Source: Clostridia bacterium
GTDB lineage: Bacteria > Bacillota > Clostridia > UMGS1883
DNA length: 64,000 nt
Reading direction: 5' to 3'
NCBI GenBank assembly: GCA_045545295.1
Contig: JAZQAO010000036.1
Span: 139,029-203,028, forward strand
A model generated the notes under the pieces. The model was not told the origin of the DNA and did no database searches. It was given only the letters and a program-made list of their open reading frames with translations. The position numbers and the translations under genes are program-made. Within the stretch, counting starts at the first letter, position 1, and the number at the start of each line of letters is the position of its first letter. This document shows, in pieces, positions 1-8,628 of the stretch.

Positions 1-1
1 C

Positions 2-3000
2 AAGGGCGACCCGAACCTCAGAGTAATGGAAGACGGAAAAAACAACAAAGCTCTTTATGTTCCGGGTGATAACACGATAAACACACTAACATTTCCTCTT
101 GACGGACTTGAAGAGTTGTTTGTAATGAGCTTCAAACTTAAGTTTGAAGGCGGAAAAATCCCTCTGAGATTTACGTTTAATGACAAGGGAAACCAGGAAT
201 TTACTCCGTTTACGATAGATTCGAAAGGAAACATAGTTTTACATAACGGAAAGCTTGTCGGCGGAGTGAATGTGGGAAGATATACCGAAATCACCGTTAA
301 GTTCAACGCTCTCATAAAGCGTTACGATGTGATTGTTAACGGTCGTCTTGCGGCAAGCAACCACCTTTATACAGCAGATATTTCGGTTCCGACAACGCTT
401 ATTGTCAAAAGCTCTTTAGGTGAAGCGGATTCTGCACTTTATGTTGATGAGCTTGCTGTATATAACGGAACTGATGTCAGAAAGAATATCAAGTGGGGCT
501 CATACAACAGCGATATTCTTGAGTTTGCACCTGTTGATATGAAAAATCGTAAGCCTATGATTTTTGTTAACAACGATTTTAACACAAGAGGCAAGGCGTT
601 CAGCGGCATTAGTCCCTATAATAAGTCAAATGTCATTGAGTATATGCAGTATACTGAGGACAACGGATGTCTTCTTATGGACAAAACCTTAGCTGCAACA
701 GACCCCTTTATTGATATCGGGATTAAGGGTGCCGAAGCAATGCTCAACTTTGTACTTGAGGTTGATATTACAAGTGACGAGCTTGGTTCTACTCTGTACT
801 TATTTAATGTGAGAAGTGATACCACAGGCTGGGGACAGACATTCACAGTTTCGCCTGAAGGTGAAATCAAAAACCATCTCGGAACATCACTTGCAAAAAT
901 CGCAGAGGGTGAGTTTGTGCAGCTCGCAGCTGCATATAAGCTTGCACAGCAGACTTATGATGTATATGTAAATAAGAAAAAGGTACTTGAAAATGTACCG
1001 GTAGCAGCAAAGAATTTTGGCGTTCTTACAGATATCAGAATTCAGCAGATGCCCAATCAGGGTAACGGCAGATTTATTCTTGATAATCTGAGAGTTTACG
1101 AAGCAACCGAGCCGTATACCCTCACAGGGGAGGGAGAGGATCTGTATTCGGTTCTTCCTGACGACACAGACGATATCGCTAAATTAAGCGGTACGGTGGC
1201 ATTCCACGAGAATGCAAAATACCTTGTAGCAAAGAACCGCAAGACGGATATGCAGGCATACTCCTATCATGAGGGGAACTGTCTTATGGTTCCGGAAGAT
1301 GTATTCAGGATCGGTATGGGTCTTGGTGTTAAATATGATGAAAAAAGCGGCAGCATCTCTCTCGGCGCAGATATAAAAATGACGCTTGGTAAAACCGAGG
1401 CAACAGCACAGGGTAAGACTATTGAGCTTGATGCTGCGCCTGCCATAAAGAATGGCAAGGTATATCTTCCGGTAAAGTCAATAGTGGAAAAAGCACTTAG
1501 TAAACAGTATCTTCATCATAAAACAGGGCTTGTTGTTATTTCAAACACTCCCTTTAAGTACAGTGATGATGAAAGTGTGCTTAAAGCGCTTTCAACTTAT
1601 GTATTCTTCCCGCGTCTTTCTACTGATGAGATAATGGGACTTTATGAAAAGTCAGAATACAAAAACGTTCATCCCAGAATTATGGCAACGGCAGAGGATT
1701 TTGAAAGAATCAAAGAAATGTACAAAACCGATGCACGTGTTAAAGAATGGGTGGATAACGTTCTGGAAACTGCTGATAAGGCTCTTCCCACAACTCCCAA
1801 CGAAAGATGGTTTGATGCCGGAAACAAGCAGACACTTACCTACGTTCATATCGTGCTTGAAAGACTCACGTCGCTTTCATTTGCATGGAAGATAACAGGG
1901 GATACAAAGTATGCGGAGCGCGCATGGGTTGAAATGAAATCCGTTGCAGAGCTTCCTGACTGGAATCCGCAGCATTTCCTTGATGTAGGTGAAATGACCT
2001 ATGCTATGAGTATTGCTTACGACTGGTGCTACGATTTCCTTACAGAGGAACAACGTAAAATCACAGCCGATGCAATTCTCTATAACGGACTTGAAGCAGG
2101 CCGTGAACAGTATCAGGGCAGACCAATCGGTACAAACTACGTATTCCAGGCAATGAACTGGAACTCGGTATGTAACGGCGGTCTCATAGTTGGTGCTTGT
2201 GCAATATTTGACGAACACCCCGTTCAGGCTCGCTACACCATAAAAAACGGTCTTCGCAGTTTTGAGTATATGATACCTGAATTTGCTCCCTCCGGTGCAT
2301 GGGTAGAAGGTGTCGGTTACTGGGAATATACGGTCAAGTTTATGGGCTATATGATAGAGACTATGCAGAAAATACTTGGAACAGACTTTGATATGGCGCG
2401 TTACACCGGTATTGACAAAACAGCCGACTTTATATTAGGTATAAAAGGTAATGTGGGATATAACAACTTCCACGATGCAGGAGAAGGAAATGGTCTCAGC
2501 GTACAGCTTTTGTGGCTTGCAAGACACTTTAAGAGTTCTAAGATTGCCGATGCATATTTCTCAGTACTGGATATGCAGAATCTTAATGGCGGAATGTATG
2601 ACTGTTTGTGGTATGATCCAAGCCTTCTCGGTGACGGAAATGACAAATATCCTCTTGATGTAACAACCCCCGTGACGGAAACAGGTTCTATGCGTGAAAA
2701 CTGGGATGACCAGAACGGAATGTGGATTTCCTACAGTGGCGGTGCAAATCTAGTTAACCACTATCACCTTGACGAAGGTTCCTTTGTCCTTGATATGCTT
2801 GGCGAAAGATGGGCGCTCGATATGGGCGGTGGCGGATTCACCTATACTTACAGCGGCTCACGTAATGATATTTTCAGAGTGCGTCCCGAAAGTCATAACA
2901 CACTTGTAATTAACCCGGACGAATCTGCAGGACAGGAATTGACGGCATATTGCCCCATAATCCGTGCGGAAAGCAAGCCCAGGGGTGCAATTCAGGTCAT

Positions 3001-4126
3001 TGACCTTACAAGTGCATATTCTTCCGATGCTGATAAAGTACACCGTGGCTTTATGCTCAAGGATGACAGACGTACTGCAGTAATCCGTGACGAAATCGAG
3101 CTTCTTGAAAAGTCCGATGTTTACTGGTTTATGCACACGGAAGCAGAAGTAGAGCTTGTTTCATCCGATACTGCTATTCTTACAAAGAACGGCAAGAGGA
3201 TGCAGCTTAAGTTTATTGCAGAAAATGCAGAAGCAGCATTTACCGATACAAAGGTTGAGCCGTTCCCCACTTCACCTCAGATTGAGGGGCAGCCGGATAA
3301 CTCTCCTTATCAGCGAGTTGGAATCAAGCTTACAGGAGAAGGAGAAATCGCAGTATCTGTAAGAATAACGCCTGCTGAAGAATATTCAGCAGAAATTCCC
3401 TTCGAGTGCAGTGAAATTTCCGCTTGGACAATTCCTGACGGAGATATAACACCTCTTCCGGTGCATAAGGGAATATACGTTGACGGTCAGCTGATAAAGG
3501 GCTATAAGTCAAACGAAAACACTTATATACTGAAGTCTATCGACAAAAAAGCAAAAATTCCGGTTGTTACGATAGATGGCGGTGCATACGCAGTAGAAAA
3601 GATTTCAGAAGCGAAATCCTACGGCGAGAGCACAGTTTACAAACTTCTTGGAAATGGCGGAAAGTACACAACCGTCAAAGTGAATTTTGTTTATCAGGAG
3701 CTTGTACCCCTTCCTGATATAGAGGGAAGAATAAGACATATTCCTCTTGAACTTTATGCAAGCGCAAATCCTGAGAAGCATAATCCCGACAAGCACGTAA
3801 ACGATGATAATTTTGAAACCAAGTGGGCGGCAAGCGGTGTGCAAACACTGACCTTTGAATTCCACGAACCGAAAGTGATTGAAGCAATTGCGCTTAATAC
3901 TTCCCGTGCTGAAACGAGAAGCTACAAGTTCACAATCGAGGTTTCGGAAGACGGTGTAAATTATACCGAAATTTTCAAGGGCTCAACAAGAGTTGGCAAC
4001 AAAGGCTATGAAGTTATGGAAATTCCCTCTGTTACAACCAAGTACATACGCTACAAGGGTGACGGAAACAACGAAAACTCATGGAACACTATTAACGAGC
4101 TTGCCATCTTAGGCCCTGTACGCTGA
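2..4126 (+). CDS. Multidomain heparinase II/III-like polysaccharide lyase (5' end probably outside the window): LamG-like modules + Cu-amine-oxidase-N1-like stalk + heparinase II/III-like core + C-terminal F5/8 type C (discoidin) domain
   Basis: ORF track 26..4126. The frame has no stop back to nt 2, and Met26 has no signal peptide although the paralog at 12192 does. Motifs VHPRIMATAEDF, WNPQHFLDVGEM, NHYHLDEGSFVLDMLGERWALDMG and VRPESHNTLVINP are typical of the heparinase II/III family. KVYLPVKSIVEKAL resembles a Cu_amine_oxidN1 stalk. The tail DDNFETKWAA...INELAILG is discoidin-like. Confidence 0.75.
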   Translation, partial: KGDPNLRVMEDGKNNKALYVPGDNTINTLTFPLDGLEELFVMSFKLKFEGGKIPLRFTFNDKGNQEFTPFTIDSKGNIVLHNGKLVGGVNVGRYTEITVKFNALIKRYDVIVNGRLAASNHLYTADISVPTTLIVKSSLGEADSALYVDELAVYNGTDVRKNIKWGSYNSDILEFAPVDMKNRKPMIFVNNDFNTRGKAFSGISPYNKSNVIEYMQYTEDNGCLLMDKTLAATDPFIDIGIKGAEAMLNFVLEVDITSDELGSTLYLFNVRSDTTGWGQTFTVSPEGEIKNHLGTSLAKIAEGEFVQLAAAYKLAQQTYDVYVNKKKVLENVPVAAKNFGVLTDIRIQQMPNQGNGRFILDNLRVYEATEPYTLTGEGEDLYSVLPDDTDDIAKLSGTVAFHENAKYLVAKNRKTDMQAYSYHEGNCLMVPEDVFRIGMGLGVKYDEKSGSISLGADIKMTLGKTEATAQGKTIELDAAPAIKNGKVYLPVKSIVEKALSKQYLHHKTGLVVISNTPFKYSDDESVLKALSTYVFFPRLSTDEIMGLYEKSEYKNVHPRIMATAEDFERIKEMYKTDARVKEWVDNVLETADKALPTTPNERWFDAGNKQTLTYVHIVLERLTSLSFAWKITGDTKYAERAWVEMKSVAELPDWNPQHFLDVGEMTYAMSIAYDWCYDFLTEEQRKITADAILYNGLEAGREQYQGRPIGTNYVFQAMNWNSVCNGGLIVGACAIFDEHPVQARYTIKNGLRSFEYMIPEFAPSGAWVEGVGYWEYTVKFMGYMIETMQKILGTDFDMARYTGIDKTADFILGIKGNVGYNNFHDAGEGNGLSVQLLWLARHFKSSKIADAYFSVLDMQNLNGGMYDCLWYDPSLLGDGNDKYPLDVTTPVTETGSMRENWDDQNGMWISYSGGANLVNHYHLDEGSFVLDMLGERWALDMGGGGFTYTYSGSRNDIFRVRPESHNTLVINPDESAGQELTAYCPIIRAESKPRGAIQVIDLTSAYSSDADKVHRGFMLKDDRRTAVIRDEIELLEKSDVYWFMHTEAEVELVSSDTAILTKNGKRMQLKFIAENAEAAFTDTKVEPFPTSPQIEGQPDNSPYQRVGIKLTGEGEIAVSVRITPAEEYSAEIPFECSEISAWTIPDGDITPLPVHKGIYVDGQLIKGYKSNENTYILKSIDKKAKIPVVTIDGGAYAVEKISEAKSYGESTVYKLLGNGGKYTTVKVNFVYQELVPLPDIEGRIRHIPLELYASANPEKHNPDKHVNDDNFETKWAASGVQTLTFEFHEPKVIEAIALNTSRAETRSYKFTIEVSEDGVNYTEIFKGSTRVGNKGYEVMEIPSVTTKYIRYKGDGNNENSWNTINELAILGPVR

Positions 4127-4140
4127 ACGGAGGTAGAAAA

Positions 4141-5997
4141 ATGAAAAAGATAATTACATATTTACTGGTGCTTGTAATGTTGCTGGCATCATCCGCCTCT
4201 GTTTTGGCACAAACAACAATTTCAATTGTTAATCCTACAGGAGCAAGTGAAATATACGAGGGTGAAAGCCTGAATATCAAGGCAACTCTTTCGGAGAATT
4301 CTGCATACAAGGTTGCGTTTTACCTTAACGGAGATTGGGTAAGCACAGTTTATGCATCAGATACTCCTGAATGCGAAATTACAAACATTTGTGCAGGAAG
4401 TAACACAGTACGTGCCGATGCGCTCAGCGCATCGGGCACGGTGCTTGCAACAGATACCGTTACATTCAGCGTAAACGCAAATGAAGCACCTGTTGTCTCG
4501 GTAGCGGGACTTGACAGCGAAATTGATTTGTCTTTATCGGATACTGTATCTGCTTCTGTTACTGACAGTGAAGATAACTTCACCGAAGCGAAGGTTTTTC
4601 TTAACGGAATCGAGCTTGGAACTTATACGGAAACCAGCTTTGATATCGACATTTCGTCGGCAGCATCGGGAGAAAACGCTCTCGTAATAGAGGCGGTAGA
4701 TGCTTACGGCAAAAAAGGAATTTTTGAAAAGATTTTCACTGCTAATCAAGAGATTGCACAGACTCTTGTGGAGAATAATTTTGATGACTACACAAGCGGA
4801 ACCCCTGCGAAATTTACAAATTTTGTAACAAACAAGGGTGCAAGCTACAGTGCCGTAACCACAGAGGATGAAAGCTACGGAACAAGCCTTTGTCTTACAG
4901 CAAATACGATTGAGAATTCTCCTGACGTAGATGCTCATATCTATCTTGGTACAGATTCAGGCAAGCAGAAGTTTGTTGTAAAAACATCATATTATTTCCC
5001 CGGAAATGCCGACGGAAATTATGATGCAACTGCAACACTTTACTTCCGTGCGGGAAACGGCTCGTCAAGAGAACTTGTGGATTTTGACAAGAACGGAAAG
5101 CTTAAATGCTACGGTGAAGCAGGTATAAAGTCAACAACATACGACCTTAATACATGGTACGATATGGAGCTTTATATCGACACCCGAACAGGTATGTACG
5201 ATGTAATTCTCAACGGTACACCGGTTATTGAAGGATATACCAACGTACATATAAGAGACCTTGGAATTTCGGCATTCCGTTTCGGTATTTGTACAAGAAC
5301 AGGGCATAGCGGTGCACATCCGGCATCTGATGTAGGTGCAAAGGTGTATATGGATAACATATCTGTTGTTTCTATACTTGATGTGCCGAAAATTGAGAAA
5401 GTATATTCCGAAGGAAATACCGATACTGTTTCCGGTGGAGTGGGTGAAATTAAGGCAAAGCTTTCTGCGGTAATTGACGGAAGTGATATTTTGGAAAATG
5501 TTACTCTTATGAGTGAGTTTGGTGAAGTTAATATCACTGATGCAGTTTACGATTCTCAGAATTTAACCGTTAATTTTACAACAAATGCCGAAATTCAGCC
5601 CGGTGCAGATTACACACTTATTATTAAGGAAGGAACTAAAATGACAAGCACCCTTAAAACAGTGTGTGATATCCGCTGCGGATTTACTGCTGAAAATGGC
5701 GATTACAGCGTACCCGACGGAAAATTTGAATTTTCAGACGGGGAGATTACATTTAAAGGCTCGGTTGATAATAAGACATCACTGCCCCTTGAGGCAATTG
5801 CAGTTATGTATGTATGGCAGGAAAACAAGATTGTTTCGGCTTATACTACAGCAATAGTTGCGACAGAAGACAGAGCTACAGAATTTACTGTTACAGGAAA
5901 GCCCCTTGTAAAAGGCGAGAGAGCGAGCGTATATGTTTTTGATGCAGATACCCTTGAAATACCTGTAACAGTAAAAAACTATTCCTACAGTAATTAA
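4141..5997 (+). CDS. Secreted non-catalytic protein: signal peptide, Ig-like repeats and one LamG-like module
   Basis: RBS GGAGG precedes the ATG. N-terminus MKKIITYLLVLVMLLASSASVLAQ is a signal peptide. A beta-sandwich module ends in KVYMDNISVV. No catalytic motif was recognised. Confidence 0.6.
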   Translation: MKKIITYLLVLVMLLASSASVLAQTTISIVNPTGASEIYEGESLNIKATLSENSAYKVAFYLNGDWVSTVYASDTPECEITNICAGSNTVRADALSASGTVLATDTVTFSVNANEAPVVSVAGLDSEIDLSLSDTVSASVTDSEDNFTEAKVFLNGIELGTYTETSFDIDISSAASGENALVIEAVDAYGKKGIFEKIFTANQEIAQTLVENNFDDYTSGTPAKFTNFVTNKGASYSAVTTEDESYGTSLCLTANTIENSPDVDAHIYLGTDSGKQKFVVKTSYYFPGNADGNYDATATLYFRAGNGSSRELVDFDKNGKLKCYGEAGIKSTTYDLNTWYDMELYIDTRTGMYDVILNGTPVIEGYTNVHIRDLGISAFRFGICTRTGHSGAHPASDVGAKVYMDNISVVSILDVPKIEKVYSEGNTDTVSGGVGEIKAKLSAVIDGSDILENVTLMSEFGEVNITDAVYDSQNLTVNFTTNAEIQPGADYTLIIKEGTKMTSTLKTVCDIRCGFTAENGDYSVPDGKFEFSDGEITFKGSVDNKTSLPLEAIAVMYVWQENKIVSAYTTAIVATEDRATEFTVTGKPLVKGERASVYVFDADTLEIPVTVKNYSYSN

Positions 5998-6040
5998 ATT
6001 AATTTAATAAATAATTTTTAATTAAGAAAGGATGAAAAAA

Positions 6041-8119
6041 ATGGCAAAGACTAAAAAACTTTTATGTCTGGCAGTGGCAGTAGCGCTTGTTTCTTCGCTC
6101 TTCTGCTTGCCGGCAAGTGCTACCGCTAACTGGTCACATATCTTTGATATGTCAGCAATGATGGGTGCAGGTAGTTACGGCAGACACGGTTCAACAACTA
6201 CTACAGATTATAATGTAGCAGGAGTATATGGAAAGAGTACTGATGGTGTGTTGAAGCTCAACGCAACTGCAGAAACTGCGGACTACTATCTTGGATTGTC
6301 AGGAAGTAAAACGCTATATGCTTTTACTGCAAACTCCAAGACAGTAATTTCGTATGATGTAGCATTCGATTCATTGGATGCTACCGGAAACAATCACGTT
6401 TCCCTTATGCAGTTTGCCAATGCAACCGGTGGACAGATTGCTCAACTTAATTTAGTACAGATTACAAAGGGCGGTCAGGTAAATCCTTTGGACAAAGGTT
6501 ACATAGCGACTTCTGTAAAACCGGGTTGCTGGAATAACATTACTGCAGTTATTGACCTTGGCTCTGATTCAAAAACATATACTTGTACTATTTATCTCAA
6601 CGGGGTATCCGTACAAAGCACTACAGGAACACTTTCAACTGAAACTGCTTATGTAAGAGCATTGAGAATTTGTGACCGTACAGTTGGAGGCACAGTATAT
6701 ATCGACAATCTGAAGTTTGCTTCATATCCCGCTGCAGATACAGTTAACCTTAATTTCGTATCTCAAGCAGCAACTACTGATGCAGCTAAAGTCGCTGTGA
6801 ATACTGCAAACAATACTGTTGCTATTACCGATGCAGATTTGAAAGTTGCAGAATTTAAGAATATTACAACAGGCTTTGTTGTTCTTGGTGAAGATGGTGC
6901 GGTAGCAGCAGATGATGCTTCTATTTTAGATTCTGAAATTTATGCAGTATATGTAAATGATGTTAACTCATACTATGCACCCTACACAATTTCTGTAATT
7001 CCTCCTGTAATTACAGGTAGCACAACTGTATATCAGGAAATTATCAACAATGATACAAAAGAAATCAGAGTTGTTGATATGCCGAAACTTACAGTTGGCA
7101 CATTCAAGGATAATGTAACAAATACAGGTACACTGTCTATAACTAAAAACGGTGAGGCTGCTGCTGACAGTGATTTACTTAAGGATTGCACAGTTAACCT
7201 TACACTTGGCAGTTACTATGACTATACTTACACAGTTGTTACCGAGCGCAGCTATCTTCTTAAGAAAGAAACCTTTGACGGAACATTTACAACAAGAACA
7301 AGCGGTAACGGAACTGTTTATTCAGGAAATGGTTTCGTTTGGGCAGGAAATACAAACGGAATCAGCGGAGTAACATTTGGTGAACTGACAGGTCTCGGCG
7401 GCAAAGATGCAGACGATTCAAGTTTTGGCATTACTGTTAACGGAGCAAGTGCAGATCAAGAAATCTTTACTTATATTTCAAATCCGTATATAAACAGCAG
7501 CAAGGTAATCAACACCACTCATACTCTTGAAACAAAGATTTATCTGGATGATGTTGATGCGGCAGATTTCAGCGCAATTGATTTCTGTATTAACGGAAGA
7601 AACCTTCTTAAAATTTCCCCTGACGGAAGCATCAAGCACACAGACGGTACAGTTGCTACCGGTGTGAAGTGGACGGCAGGTGAATGGATTCCCGTTGCAG
7701 TAACATATCACAAGGCTACAAATATAATTGATGTTTATGTAGGCGGCAAAAAGATAGCTTGCACATGGAATCCTGCTCCTAACGGTTCAGATATTCGTTT
7801 CCGTCCGTGGGTAAAGAAGGATGCAGTTTTTACATTTGCAATGGACGATGTTAAAATCTACACAGACAGTCTTGCAAAAGTAAGATATGACGTTGACTCT
7901 GCAAACCGTACAGTTGTTGCAGATGCAACAGAAAACCTTGCAACTCTTCCCATTATTGCAGAGTATGACAGTACAGGAAAACTTCTTGGTGTAACTCTCG
8001 GAAAGAGTGAAAAAACAATTTCAAGAAATTACGCAGCAGATAGCAAGGTAAAGGTTATCCTTATTAACAGTCTTGCAGAGCTTGAAGCTATAACAGACGT
8101 ATACGAAGCAGTTAGATAA
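6041..8119 (+). CDS. Secreted LamG-repeat protein, paralog of the N-terminal two thirds of 8629..12171
   Basis: The ATG at 6041 is better spaced from RBS AGAAAGGA than the ATG at 6032. Signal peptide MAKTKKLLCLAVAVALVSSLFCLPASA. Modules end in TVYIDNLKFASY and FAMDDVKIYTD. Long colinear similarity to the next gene, e.g. ETFDGTFTTRTSGNGTVYSGN versus ETFDGTYSQRTSGNGKIYVGN. Confidence 0.65.
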   Translation: MAKTKKLLCLAVAVALVSSLFCLPASATANWSHIFDMSAMMGAGSYGRHGSTTTTDYNVAGVYGKSTDGVLKLNATAETADYYLGLSGSKTLYAFTANSKTVISYDVAFDSLDATGNNHVSLMQFANATGGQIAQLNLVQITKGGQVNPLDKGYIATSVKPGCWNNITAVIDLGSDSKTYTCTIYLNGVSVQSTTGTLSTETAYVRALRICDRTVGGTVYIDNLKFASYPAADTVNLNFVSQAATTDAAKVAVNTANNTVAITDADLKVAEFKNITTGFVVLGEDGAVAADDASILDSEIYAVYVNDVNSYYAPYTISVIPPVITGSTTVYQEIINNDTKEIRVVDMPKLTVGTFKDNVTNTGTLSITKNGEAAADSDLLKDCTVNLTLGSYYDYTYTVVTERSYLLKKETFDGTFTTRTSGNGTVYSGNGFVWAGNTNGISGVTFGELTGLGGKDADDSSFGITVNGASADQEIFTYISNPYINSSKVINTTHTLETKIYLDDVDAADFSAIDFCINGRNLLKISPDGSIKHTDGTVATGVKWTAGEWIPVAVTYHKATNIIDVYVGGKKIACTWNPAPNGSDIRFRPWVKKDAVFTFAMDDVKIYTDSLAKVRYDVDSANRTVVADATENLATLPIIAEYDSTGKLLGVTLGKSEKTISRNYAADSKVKVILINSLAELEAITDVYEAVR

Positions 8120-8128
8120 TTGGTAACA

Positions 8129-8172
8129 GGGGATGTAAAAAAAGTCCAGACTGCAAAAAGGCGATAATGATA
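8129..8172 (+). repeat. A-motif, copy 1 (stop-codon-proximal conserved ~40-mer)
   Basis: GGGGATGTAAAAAAAGTCCAGACTGCAAAAAGGCGATAATGATAC aligns by eye with 51890-51930 and 63259-63300. Confidence 0.5.
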
Positions 8173-8260
8173 CAAAATATAGATGGTTTGTAAATTATAA
8201 AATTATCCTATTTTGTTGAAAAATCTCATTTATTTCGATTTTTCTTCGTTTTTGTGCCTT

Positions 8261-8590
8261 TTTGCTACAAACAAACTTCGCCTCTCGGTCGTCGCAACTA
8301 ACGCTTTAGTCGTATTTGCTTTGCAAATATCGACGCAGTCGCTTGGTTGCTCCTCTCCCATTCAGAGCACGCTTACGCTACCACTCTGAACGGGGCCCGT
8401 TATGTAGGGTCTCCCAAAAAGTCCGAAGACTTTTTGGGAAAGAGACAAAACAAGATTGCAACCATAGTTTTCCTGCGGAAAACGTAATTGCAAACCTTGT
8501 TTTGGCGAGCCTTCGGGTAACCTGACAATGCCTGCACACAGGCATTGTCAGCTCAGTTTGTTCGTTCTGAAGCATTTTTTTCCTATCCCC
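8261..8590 (+). repeat. B-family intergenic repeat, long form (B1, 330 bp) filled with perfect hairpins
   Basis: Termini TTTGCTACAAACAAACTTCGCCTCTCGG ... CCTTCGGGTAACC ... CAGTTTGTTCGTTCTGAAGCATTTTTTTCCTATCCCC match the short copies. The interior contains at least 6 hairpins read directly (see findings). Confidence 0.7.
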
Positions 8591-8628
8591 TAAAAAGTAG
8601 GTGTAATTTTAAGGAAAGGAAGAATGAT

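Noticed and set aside
8290-8330. A tmRNA-like tag region (GCAACTAACGCTTTAGTCGTA resembles a resume codon and degradation tag).
   Set aside because: There is no tRNA-like acceptor/T-arm, no ...LAA-stop ending, and no pseudoknot context. The segment lies inside a repeat family with other copies that lack it.
8545-8628. The 28-codon N-terminal extension of the 8545..12171 ORF.
   Set aside because: The extension overlaps the terminus of the B-repeat and has no RBS. The ATG at 8629 has an RBS and yields a canonical signal peptide that matches the paralog.
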